A program made the position numbers and the translations under genes. The notes beneath the pieces are model-generated. The model had not been told where the DNA came from. It worked only from the letters and a program-made list of their open reading frames with translations, and did not search any database. A stretch of DNA of 50,165 nt from an uncultured Legionellales bacterium (GTDB taxonomy: Bacteria > Pseudomonadota > Gammaproteobacteria > JAHCLG01), in contig CAYGTS010000001.1 of assembly GCA_964352905.1 (NCBI GenBank), positions 1 through 50,165 of the forward strand. Direction: 5' to 3'. This document shows, piece by piece, positions 25,433 to 34,841 of this stretch. Each line of letters begins with the position of its first letter. Within the stretch, counting starts at the first letter, position 1.

Positions 25433-27268
25433 TTAGGTATTAAATTGTTTACACCAACTCTGGAAGTTGAGCAAAGACCAGATCAAATAGGTATTGTTTG
25501 CTTGACCATTAAAATGTTGATTTAGCATTGTTTCAACATAATTTGCATTAAAAATACCGTGTTTATTTATTTCACTGACTGAAAGCTGTTGCTGAATCCA
25601 AGGTTTAAGCTGATGGCGATACCAATCTGCATCAGGTGGGCCAAAACCCATTTTAGGCTTCTTATATATTTTCTCGGGCACTAAAGGTTTCACAGACTCT
25701 CTAAATAGGATTTTTCCCACTGACTTGTTACAAAGATATTCAAATGGCACATCTAATAAAAAATCAACTAATTCATTATCAAGCAATGGCACTCTCGTTT
25801 CTAATGAATGCGCCATAGAAACTTTATCTTCAAATGTGAGCAATCCGGTTAAATAGGTTTTTGCATCAACATAAAAAACTTTATCGTACCAATGTGAAGA
25901 AGGACAATTTACTAGCATTTGATCAATTTTTTGCTGCGGATCAAAATCAATATGTGAAATAAAATCTTGATTAAATACTTTACTATATTCACTTTTTCTA
26001 TAAACTGCATTTAAAACATTTGAATAGAGTTGATGCCGCTCCTGATCAGTCCATGTTTTGTTTTTCTTTAATATTAACGACTTAAACCTGTTAACTAACG
26101 ATTGCTGCGATGTATTGGCTAAGCCTAAAATGTCATAGCGCCCAACATAACCAGCGTGATATTCATCTCCTCCTGTGCCTGACAATACCACTTTGGCATC
26201 TTGCGCTACACGTCCAGCTACTAAATAATTAACATAGCCCATCCCCATTCTTAAATCTTCTAATGCATAAACATATTTATCAAGGTTATTTATTAAATCT
26301 TGTGGAGAAACAGTGTATTCGATTCTATTAATTTCGTAGGTTTTTGCAACTAACTCAGAATATTCTCTTTCATCAAAATGTGCTTGCTCTACTACATTTT
26401 CTAAGTCAAATATACAACTATAAGCTTTCATTTCTGGGTAAATTTTATGCGCACTCAATGTAATTGCTGTAGAATCTATGCCGCCTGATAAATAAGTTGT
26501 AACTGGTACATCTGCAGCAAGTTGTCTTTTTACAACGCGTTCTAAAATAGCGCGATGCTCTTGTGCTAGCGTTGCTAAATTTTCCGTTCTACTACGTGGA
26601 AATGTAATATCCCAAAATTTTTCATGTTTAATTTGATTGTTTTGGAAAATGACAATTGACGCAGCTTCAAGCTGATTAATATTACTAAACATTGTTGTTT
26701 CATGCCAAAGATTTTGGAATGAAAAATATTCAATAATCCCATTTGGATTAGCAGACTTTTTTACTAAATTTGATGCTAAAATTGTCTTAATCTCTGAGGC
26801 AAAAATAATTGTGTTGTTATTTATCAAGGAATAATAAAGTGGTTTGATACCATAACGATCTCTGGCTAATATTAATTTCTGTTTTTTACTATCCCAAATT
26901 GCAATAGCAAACATTCCATTAAGCTTATTAAACACATCAAAACCCCATTGTTCATAGCCATGAACAATGACCTCAGTATCACTGTGGTCGGTTTTAAAAA
27001 TATGCCCATAACAAAGCAATTGTTTGCGCAATTCTTTATGATTGTAAATTTCACCATTAAAAATAACGATAATATCGCCGGTTTCATTGCGCATGGGCTG
27101 ATGGCCAGTCTCAATATCAATAATAGCAAGTCTTCTAAAAATAAGATTCACTGACTGATTTTTATAAAATCCCTCATCATCGGGACCGCGATGCAACATC
27201 GCTTTTGACATACGCTGCAAAGTCTCATCATCACATTTTTGACCAATGATACCCGCTATTCCACACAT
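25433..27268 (-). CDS. Asparagine synthase (glutamine-hydrolysing) family amidotransferase, paralogue 2
   Basis: It has MCGIAG, HRGPDD, RRLAIIDI and the PP-loop YLSGGIDST. Confidence 0.85.
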   Translation of the reverse strand: MCGIAGIIGQKCDDETLQRMSKAMLHRGPDDEGFYKNQSVNLIFRRLAIIDIETGHQPMRNETGDIIVIFNGEIYNHKELRKQLLCYGHIFKTDHSDTEVIVHGYEQWGFDVFNKLNGMFAIAIWDSKKQKLILARDRYGIKPLYYSLINNNTIIFASEIKTILASNLVKKSANPNGIIEYFSFQNLWHETTMFSNINQLEAASIVIFQNNQIKHEKFWDITFPRSRTENLATLAQEHRAILERVVKRQLAADVPVTTYLSGGIDSTAITLSAHKIYPEMKAYSCIFDLENVVEQAHFDEREYSELVAKTYEINRIEYTVSPQDLINNLDKYVYALEDLRMGMGYVNYLVAGRVAQDAKVVLSGTGGDEYHAGYVGRYDILGLANTSQQSLVNRFKSLILKKNKTWTDQERHQLYSNVLNAVYRKSEYSKVFNQDFISHIDFDPQQKIDQMLVNCPSSHWYDKVFYVDAKTYLTGLLTFEDKVSMAHSLETRVPLLDNELVDFLLDVPFEYLCNKSVGKILFRESVKPLVPEKIYKKPKMGFGPPDADWYRHQLKPWIQQQLSVSEINKHGIFNANYVETMLNQHFNGQANNTYLIWSLLNFQSWCKQFNT

Positions 27269-27269
27269 G

Positions 27270-27959
27270 TTAATTTCCTAACCCATGAAAGTAAGGCCCT
27301 TTAATGAGTAAATCATCATTAAAGCACCACTCAGGATGAATTAAGACTTGAAATTTTGAATGCTTATCTAAATTTTCTTGCAAGTGACCTTCTCTCCAAA
27401 TACCATTTGAATCAGAAAGATATTTCATGTCAGAAAAATATTGAGGATCCATTGTGAAAAATTTAAAACCAACTTGGTAAGGATCATAAAACTCATGATA
27501 GTAAGGTGTACCGTGAATAGTATGGCTAACATCACGATGTTCTGATGCTGTTAAGATAGGGCGCTCTAGCACTGCTTCCAAAATAGCTTTTTCTTTTTTT
27601 AATATTGCTTGTGGATCGTTTAAATTATGTGCTCTTGCAAATGTCATTGCCTCAAAATGTAAACCAATTTCGTGATTTAACGCTTGTAGATCTTTGAGTA
27701 GCTGATAAACATAGTGACTAAAAATATTATATTCATGCGCATGGACACGAAAAAGGTAAGTTGCGGTAATGCCCTTTTTTGATTCAATTTCAGCTAATTG
27801 CATAAGACCATTTAAATTGTAGTCAATGTCATGTCTCATGATAATTGTTTTCTCGTAGGAGCTATCATAGTCCTGAAATGAGCTGACTCTAAAGCCTTTT
27901 TCTAATGCCTGGTCGAGTGTATAGTCATAAAATTCATAGCTAAATTTGTTTTTAGACAT
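27270..27959 (-). CDS. Putative polysaccharide deacetylase-like (CE4-superfamily) protein
   Basis: The 229-aa ORF contains IMRHDIDYN, ATYLFRVH, IGLHFE and LIHPEW, resembling the HD[IV]D-type deacetylase family common in glycan loci. Confidence 0.45.
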   Translation of the reverse strand: MSKNKFSYEFYDYTLDQALEKGFRVSSFQDYDSSYEKTIIMRHDIDYNLNGLMQLAEIESKKGITATYLFRVHAHEYNIFSHYVYQLLKDLQALNHEIGLHFEAMTFARAHNLNDPQAILKKEKAILEAVLERPILTASEHRDVSHTIHGTPYYHEFYDPYQVGFKFFTMDPQYFSDMKYLSDSNGIWREGHLQENLDKHSKFQVLIHPEWCFNDDLLIKGPYFHGLGN

Positions 27960-28051
27960 TTCAAATTATCCTTTGATTTATTAGGGGCTATTTGTAATTC
28001 TACTTTGCTGAAGCAGAGCGAATTGTAAACAGACCCTAAGTTATATGGGGT

Positions 28052-29137
28052 TTATCTAATTGGATAAAACTGCTGGACTTCTCGAGCAATTTGATCAGGA
28101 TTATGCCACTTCTTAACATATGCTACTGATTTTAGTGAATGCTCAATTAAACTATTTCTATTTTCTAAAATTTTTCTTAGCACTTCTGTCAATGTTTCTG
28201 GATCGGCATTAATAATCGGTAAATCTGCTTTCATTTCTTGCGGTATATAGTGTAAATCGTCTTCTCTAATATAACAAACAACTGGCTTTCCCATTGCCAT
28301 AAGTTCAACAGCAAAGGCGCCATACCAACCATATAACATTTGGTCAATGGCTAAATCTGCTGACGCATAAATTTGCATCGCTTCAGCATGTGTTTTATTT
28401 TGTACCAAAGTAAACTCAAATTCATGCTCATCTTTTAATTTACTGATGGCTGCTAAAATATATTTTGTCCCTTTGGTTGAAGCATCACTCGGCGCATGAA
28501 CTATGGTCAGCTTGCCTTGTGTCCGCGGTGGAACTACCGTGATATTGTTAACATCGACTGAACAGTAAGGTAGAAATGATCCTTTTTTGACAAACCTGCC
28601 TAACTCTGGATTTAAATAAAAAACATGATCCATTAATGGTAATATTTTTTCGATGAGGAATTTTCTATCATGATCATAATTATCAATACAGTTTTGATAA
28701 GCATTACACTCCCCCTTACGGCAGGGTGTATAGGCATTATTCTGATCAGATTGATGCGCCAATCTTACATCACAACCTTGCAAGGTCATAACAAGACCTT
28801 TTTTTAAAAATTTTGCTAGTTTGAGATCACTATACCAAAATTTATTTCTTGTGCCTAAGTCATCCCAACAGAAAAAACTACGTCCAAAATAATAATGGAG
28901 CACATTAGCTGAAAAAACATAATATAGTGATTTAAAAACTCGCCTTAGTTTATCTTGTAAACTCCCCAATTTTTTCTCTATGCGTAAAACTTCATCGACT
29001 GGATAGTTTACCCAAGTATTGTAATTGACAATGACTTGGCTATTCAATCCTAATTTTTTTTCACTGCAAGCAAGCGCATACGGTTGATTACCAATATTAA
29101 CCGGTGCATGTACTATTTTTTTTTTCTTTAGCTTCAT
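28052..29137 (-). CDS. Atypical GT-B-like putative glycosyltransferase, family member 3
   Basis: It is a paralogue of 18933..20012 (IVHAPSDASTKGT, ADLAIDQMLYGWYGAFAVELMAMGKP) with the Cys-rich insert PCRKGECNAYQNC. Confidence 0.55.
   Translation of the reverse strand: MKLKKKKIVHAPVNIGNQPYALACSEKKLGLNSQVIVNYNTWVNYPVDEVLRIEKKLGSLQDKLRRVFKSLYYVFSANVLHYYFGRSFFCWDDLGTRNKFWYSDLKLAKFLKKGLVMTLQGCDVRLAHQSDQNNAYTPCRKGECNAYQNCIDNYDHDRKFLIEKILPLMDHVFYLNPELGRFVKKGSFLPYCSVDVNNITVVPPRTQGKLTIVHAPSDASTKGTKYILAAISKLKDEHEFEFTLVQNKTHAEAMQIYASADLAIDQMLYGWYGAFAVELMAMGKPVVCYIREDDLHYIPQEMKADLPIINADPETLTEVLRKILENRNSLIEHSLKSVAYVKKWHNPDQIAREVQQFYPIR
29116..29125 (-). repeat. Coding homopolymer A10 (T10 on the plus strand) at codons 5-8 of the 28052..29137 gene
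   Basis: Counted directly. The minus strand reads atg aag cta aag aaa aaa aaa ata (MKLKKKKI). Confidence 0.9.
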
Positions 29138-29144
29138 AAAAAAA

Positions 29145-31676
29145 TTACTCTGCTATCACAATATCTGAAACTTCTTTAGTTTTATGCTCTGTTATCAAGC
29201 TTGCTGCTGATTTGTCACTGTTGATCTTTAAGCCACCCAATCGTTGATATTCATTTAACATGATCGCCATGGCATTTCCCCAATTATATTGTTTAATGAT
29301 GCTATGGTAGCCATTTAACCCAAGCTGTTTAGCTAATGCAGGATTGTCTCCTAACGTTTTTAATGCTCTAGCGATATCTTTGGGTTTGTCAGGATCAAAT
29401 GTAACGCCATTTTTTTCACGCTCAATGTGGTTGCTTACATCTGGAAAATTAGAAACTGCGACGGGTAATTTAGCTAAGCTATATTCAAAAAATTTATTCG
29501 GATAAAACCAGTAAAAATTCTTACATAAATTTCGTAACATAACAATCCCGCAATCAGCACCCGCCATTGCTTGTACTACTTCATCTCGCCCAACTGCAGG
29601 CAAGATAAAAATCCTATCGGCTACTTTATATTTTTTTGCTGTTTTAATCAGTGGTTGACTATATTGCTCAATGCTAGGTCCTCTGATTACAAGAACATAA
29701 TTTTTAGGTAGGTATTTATGAGCCTTAATAACATTTTCAATATTTCTTGCAGGCCCAACACCACCAATATAGGTGGTAACAAAAATATCTTCTGCTAATC
29801 CCAATTCTTCTTTAATATCTTTGATCTTCTTATTGCTTTCAGATATTAGCGCTTTAACATCAGGATAGTTTGCAAGCAATAAGGGTCTTCTCCCAAAGTA
29901 TTGTTCATACTCATTCACAATTGAATGACTAACGGTATAAAAACTAGCAACTTCTTTTAAGATATGTTTTTCTAACGCTTTTGAAAAATTTCGAAGATAA
30001 CTTGGCATGCGCACATAGCGCGAACCACTCCAAATTACATTATCCGCCCATAATTCATGCGCATCATAAATTAGTGGGACATTTTTTAACTTTGCAAGTT
30101 CCCACGCTACAAGCAAAGTGGATAGATCGTTAGCATGAATAAAATCAAACTGTAGCTTTACAGCTTCATCACAAAAACGGGATTGATAAAAATCTATTAA
30201 ATTACAATCTTTGTGATCAAAATGAACTTTGAGATAGTAGACACGCTCTGAAACTCGGATTTCTTTCAGTGCAGGTTGGTTTGAATCGGTGCTAAGGCAC
30301 ATGATATTAACAACATAACCTTGTTCTGCTAATGATTTAGCGACTTTATTAATTCTAGGATCAATTTCAATTTGGCTGGTTGTTAACATTAAGATAATAT
30401 TATTTTTATTAATGTAGTTACTAGTATTCAGCCTTAGCGCCGCAATCTCGTCAAATTTATTCTTTATTATAGTAAGTTTACGCTTCTTTCTAATATAGTT
30501 GCGACTACGCCTCGCTACTTTTGCAAGCATTTTACGTAAAGAAAAAGCCACATTTAAAAATGGCCCCGAATAGAGCTTGTCTCGTAAAATATCAATGGTT
30601 ACTCTGTTTAAATATTCAATTTCATTGAGTTGCTTTTTTATCTTTTCATAGCTATAATTAACTAAAATTTCATCCTCGTTATGTTCACCGATACTTTGAG
30701 CGCGATAAGGTGATGGAACACAAATATTTTCATTTTCTTCATCGTCAATATATGCTGTTGATTGTAGATTTTCTAATTTTTTAAATACCATAAAATCGTT
30801 AAATGTCCCCAATTCTGGGTATCTGACTTTATAACATGCCGTATTTAAAAAACCATTTTTAACAAATGCTTTAATAAAACTTTCTTGTTCAAAATGCCTT
30901 AAATGAAACTTATCAACGAGTAGCCTACTATATCGAGTAGGATTTTCTTCAAAATATTTTAACTTTTGCTCATATTGTTTTTTATTAACAATAAAATTCT
31001 CTAGCGCTTTTTCTTTTGAGGTATATTTTTCAAAAACTCTACGTGGTAGCAATTGCTCAATAACAGGTTTCCCCATCATGTCTTTATTTTTAGTAAACTC
31101 AACCCAGTTATAAACCACCCCACTCGGTTTCAATATGCGAAGACATTCTCTAATTGAATTTTCTACATCGATAACATGGTCAAAGGACGTAATAAAAACT
31201 ACCACGTCAAATGTTTCATCGGGATAGGGTAGAGCTTCTGCAATGCCACCTACAAAATTATAGGCAAGCTCACTATCTGGATTCATAGGATCTAAGCATA
31301 TAATCTCTTTGGCTTGACTGCGGGTAATATATTCTGGCTCATTAAATACACCAGATCCTATATCTAAAACAATTTTATCTTTTAAATCCATTAATGACAT
31401 AACTTGTTGAACATCTTGTCTTTCTATTAAGGAATTACTTGTAGCCGTTTTATCCTTATATTCAGATAGCGCATTGAGCTGTGAAACATGCCAAGCGCCA
31501 AAATAGTCATTCTGCAATGCAAGAAAATTTCGAATATCAATCAGCATCTTGCAGCCATAAATAACGGGATAGACACCCGCACAAGAAGTGCAAACAAGAT
31601 ACTCTTGCTGTTCAAGTGTTGCGTTTTCAAAATTTTCCTTTAAACAAGTAGGACAAACCACTGTAGTTGCATTCAT
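29145..31676 (-). CDS. Fusion protein: N-terminal CxxC..CxxC zinc ribbon + class I SAM methyltransferase + linker + C-terminal GT4 glycosyltransferase
   Basis: The 843-aa ORF has CPTC...CTSC at the N-terminus. MTase motifs are VLDIGSG, CLDP, FDVVVF and LKPSG. The GT4 part shows IHANDLSTLL, YDAHELW and FFEYSLAKLPVAVS. Confidence 0.75.
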   Translation of the reverse strand: MNATTVVCPTCLKENFENATLEQQEYLVCTSCAGVYPVIYGCKMLIDIRNFLALQNDYFGAWHVSQLNALSEYKDKTATSNSLIERQDVQQVMSLMDLKDKIVLDIGSGVFNEPEYITRSQAKEIICLDPMNPDSELAYNFVGGIAEALPYPDETFDVVVFITSFDHVIDVENSIRECLRILKPSGVVYNWVEFTKNKDMMGKPVIEQLLPRRVFEKYTSKEKALENFIVNKKQYEQKLKYFEENPTRYSRLLVDKFHLRHFEQESFIKAFVKNGFLNTACYKVRYPELGTFNDFMVFKKLENLQSTAYIDDEENENICVPSPYRAQSIGEHNEDEILVNYSYEKIKKQLNEIEYLNRVTIDILRDKLYSGPFLNVAFSLRKMLAKVARRSRNYIRKKRKLTIIKNKFDEIAALRLNTSNYINKNNIILMLTTSQIEIDPRINKVAKSLAEQGYVVNIMCLSTDSNQPALKEIRVSERVYYLKVHFDHKDCNLIDFYQSRFCDEAVKLQFDFIHANDLSTLLVAWELAKLKNVPLIYDAHELWADNVIWSGSRYVRMPSYLRNFSKALEKHILKEVASFYTVSHSIVNEYEQYFGRRPLLLANYPDVKALISESNKKIKDIKEELGLAEDIFVTTYIGGVGPARNIENVIKAHKYLPKNYVLVIRGPSIEQYSQPLIKTAKKYKVADRIFILPAVGRDEVVQAMAGADCGIVMLRNLCKNFYWFYPNKFFEYSLAKLPVAVSNFPDVSNHIEREKNGVTFDPDKPKDIARALKTLGDNPALAKQLGLNGYHSIIKQYNWGNAMAIMLNEYQRLGGLKINSDKSAASLITEHKTKEVSDIVIAE

Positions 31677-31711
31677 TAATAAACCTCTTTTGAATCAAGT
31701 AGTGATATAAA

Positions 31712-32542
31712 TTACAAGACATTACCAACATACGACTTGAATTTTTGAAAAACGGAATACCCAATAGAATAAAATAAAACACTTAGGCTTAAGTAAATAA
31801 CCCAGACCCATAAATGCTGAATCCTGCCAAAATAAAGTGCATCTTGATAACACCAAATCATGTAACTCACTGGATTTATGTATAAAATTGGCTTAAAAAC
31901 ACTTGGCACCCACTGTGGTAAATAAACCACTGGGACAAGGTAGATGCCCACAATGCTATAAACTGTAATAACATCCTTCACATCTCTGATAAATGGCGTA
32001 GCGATCGAAAGGAAATATCCAACTCCTAATGTAAATAAAAATTGTGATAGTAAAAGTATTGGTAATAATGTATAGGTTAGCGGTACTGTATGATAATTAA
32101 TTAATACATAGAGTAACAGAATGGCAAGTGAAATAAACTGTCCAAAAAAGCTAGAAAGAACCATTTTAATGGGCAATACTTCAATGGGAAAAACCACTTG
32201 CTTAACTAAATTGCTCTCGCTAATCAGCGCAACACTGGTTTTTACCAGCGCCATTTGAAATCCCAACCAAGGAACCAAACCCGACAGAATATAAGAAGTA
32301 TAATCCAGTGGCATCTCAAGTGTACCACCCACCTTACTGTGGAAAATAAAGGCAAAAATAAAGATATAAACCCCAATAAACATTAACGGGTGGATAATAG
32401 ACCACAACAGCCCTAAAACTTGCCCTGCATATTGATCGGATAAATCTTTTTTGGTCATATCAAGAATTAATGCTCGATTGAATTTAAAGATTTTGAAACT
32501 GCTTTTCCAAGTAATAAATTGATTTTTAATGTAAACTACCAT
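31712..32542 (-). CDS. wzm: ABC-2 type polysaccharide export permease
   Basis: It has about 6 hydrophobic segments and the Wzm/TagG/KpsM-like N-terminus DLSDQYAGQVLGLLWSIIHPL. I placed the start at the ATG at 32542 because the track start is a TTG two codons upstream. Confidence 0.85.
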   Translation of the reverse strand: MVVYIKNQFITWKSSFKIFKFNRALILDMTKKDLSDQYAGQVLGLLWSIIHPLMFIGVYIFIFAFIFHSKVGGTLEMPLDYTSYILSGLVPWLGFQMALVKTSVALISESNLVKQVVFPIEVLPIKMVLSSFFGQFISLAILLLYVLINYHTVPLTYTLLPILLLSQFLFTLGVGYFLSIATPFIRDVKDVITVYSIVGIYLVPVVYLPQWVPSVFKPILYINPVSYMIWCYQDALYFGRIQHLWVWVIYLSLSVLFYSIGYSVFQKFKSYVGNVL

Positions 32543-32726
32543 TCTCAACCCTATATTTTAAGCATTTTGTGCATATATTTAAAAGCCATATTGTGTGATT
32601 ATATGCTACTCTTGTTCTAATTCAAAGAAACTCTACGGGCTCAATACAATTTAATCTTATACAGTACCAGCTCACTGAATATTACTAGGCTTAATAAACT
32701 ACGCCCTGCCTATTTCAACCTCAAAT

Positions 32727-34823
32727 TTAAAGTGGCATATTTCCTCTTAGAAAATTTTTTATCCTTGCTCGTTTTAACTCTGATTTCATTTTTAAGCAGT
32801 TTGTGACTAATTTCTTATTTCTGCTCGTATTGCCAATGAACTGCATACCTTCAACTACGTAATAGTATTCATCCATTTTGAAATCGCAGCCTAGAAAATC
32901 AAGGGGTAAAATATTAAAAATATTATTTTGGCTGCTTAATAGGTCAGCAACTTTGTCCTTATAGCCTTCAAATTCTTCTATTTCTTCAATATGATTACAC
33001 TCATATAAACCAAAATAATTAGTCATAACGTTTATTACATCAGTGTTTTTATTTCCAAATTTTTCTCGCCCTGAATTAATTAAAAAATCTGCCAACACGG
33101 TTGCTTTAGTGAAATATTTTTTATCATTAGAGAGCTGATAGGCACGTAAAAAAGCCGAAATACTTAAGGAATGATATGCATTAATAAAGCTTGGGAATTC
33201 GACTAAGCTAGTATCAATGCTAGGAAGTTGTTTATTCTCTGAAAAATCAAATTCGCTTAGCCAATCAACTTGTTGCCAAAATTTATCACCGTATTGATCG
33301 TTAGAACATTGTTGCTGCAAAGAAAAAAGCGCAATGGCATAAAAAGCAATTGCTCCAGGGTGATGGATAAACACTTTATTAACAGATATTTGTAATACTT
33401 CATTTTCATGTGTTGGCCTACCAAATTGTCCCCAAGCTATTCTAGCTAAAAGTAATTCATAGTTTGCAGTTACCGGGTATTGTGAAATTGGTGTTTGCAA
33501 GTGTGAAGACCTATAAAATATTTCACCGTGTTTATATTCACGATATTTGTTTAAAATAGTTTTAGCTAATCTGTTATTTTTCCAAACGCGATCATGTAAT
33601 TGTTGATAACTAGTTGCACAGGCTTCATATGACCAAAACTGCTCTACATGTTGCCGCCCTTTTTTACCTAATTCATCGCGTAAATCTTTATTTATGACAA
33701 GCTCTCGCAAAATATTTTCCATCGTATCTGGATTTACGTTAACGGCAGCCCAACTTGATGCATGTTTGAAATATAGTTCGGGATCCCTGACATTTGTTAA
33801 GACAGGTTTAGCTAAGGCCATGCCCTCAATCTCGGTAAAACCTGGCCATCCTAAAATGCATTGTGCAAATATAATATCAGCATTTGCATAACGTTGTTTT
33901 GCCTCACTATTAGGCACACGTTCAATAATATCTAATTTTAATTTATGCCCCTCGTCTATTAACTTTTTCACAGTTGCTTCTATGAAACGCGTCCCTTTAA
34001 AATAACGGTGATTAGGAGAGTGCGCTATAATAACTTCGTTATGATAGTTATGCTGTTTTTCAAACTTCAAATTACTAAGATCAATAGGCCAATAAAAGAA
34101 ATGTGGATTACTGCCAAATATGTAATCATGCATATCCCCCATTGCCAATAATTCATTACACCATTCTCTATAATATTTTGCTCTTTTAGCACCTAAATTA
34201 TCATCACAAACACATTGCCTGCCATCCGGGCACTCATTACATAAATTCCAAGGTTGCCACATTTCATTACGACGTTTTGTACGAACATCTGCTCCATAAG
34301 CAGAGGCAATAATTCGCTTACCGGCTAAACGTAATAAGATAAATTCTATCCATTTTGCTTTGGGATTAATTCCCATGCCGTACCATAAACCACCATCATA
34401 GTAAAAGTGATAGATATCAAATTTTAGGAAAGACCAAATAAAAAGTAGGCTTGGTATCCATTGTGACATTGCAGGATTTTCTAAAACAGGTTTTAAATTA
34501 TAATCAAATGCATCTGTAATAAAATAAGTGGTATAAACCAATGTTTTACTTTTATAGCCTAGCTTATTTAATAACTTTGAACTTTCCACAATATTAAGAA
34601 TGGGAGTCGGTGCCCAAATAATGCTTGGCTTTAAAAAGAAGAGTTTCTTAAAAATAATTCTTATCCATGAAATGAGACAAAGAATAGGATATAACACAAG
34701 AACTAAAATAAATGAAAATTTTTTACAACGATAGGCTTCTCTAATACTCAGTCGATACAATACACTATCTTTTTTAAAACTGTTTGTTGACCAATTAATT
34801 AAGCGTTCTGGAAATGATTTCAT
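32727..34823 (-). CDS. Two-domain protein: atypical GT-B-like family member 4 + C5-epimerase-like C-terminal region
   Basis: The N-terminal ~430 aa is colinear with the 20009..21349 product and has the Cys cluster LCNECPDGRQCVC. The C-terminal region has SISAFLRAYQLSNDKKYFTKA, matching the AIS.LLRAYQLT.D.KY signature. The likely start is the ATG at 34823, since the track start is a TTG. Confidence 0.5.
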   Translation of the reverse strand: MKSFPERLINWSTNSFKKDSVLYRLSIREAYRCKKFSFILVLVLYPILCLISWIRIIFKKLFFLKPSIIWAPTPILNIVESSKLLNKLGYKSKTLVYTTYFITDAFDYNLKPVLENPAMSQWIPSLLFIWSFLKFDIYHFYYDGGLWYGMGINPKAKWIEFILLRLAGKRIIASAYGADVRTKRRNEMWQPWNLCNECPDGRQCVCDDNLGAKRAKYYREWCNELLAMGDMHDYIFGSNPHFFYWPIDLSNLKFEKQHNYHNEVIIAHSPNHRYFKGTRFIEATVKKLIDEGHKLKLDIIERVPNSEAKQRYANADIIFAQCILGWPGFTEIEGMALAKPVLTNVRDPELYFKHASSWAAVNVNPDTMENILRELVINKDLRDELGKKGRQHVEQFWSYEACATSYQQLHDRVWKNNRLAKTILNKYREYKHGEIFYRSSHLQTPISQYPVTANYELLLARIAWGQFGRPTHENEVLQISVNKVFIHHPGAIAFYAIALFSLQQQCSNDQYGDKFWQQVDWLSEFDFSENKQLPSIDTSLVEFPSFINAYHSLSISAFLRAYQLSNDKKYFTKATVLADFLINSGREKFGNKNTDVINVMTNYFGLYECNHIEEIEEFEGYKDKVADLLSSQNNIFNILPLDFLGCDFKMDEYYYVVEGMQFIGNTSRNKKLVTNCLKMKSELKRARIKNFLRGNMPL

Positions 34824-34841
34824 TGATAGTTTCAAACCTAT

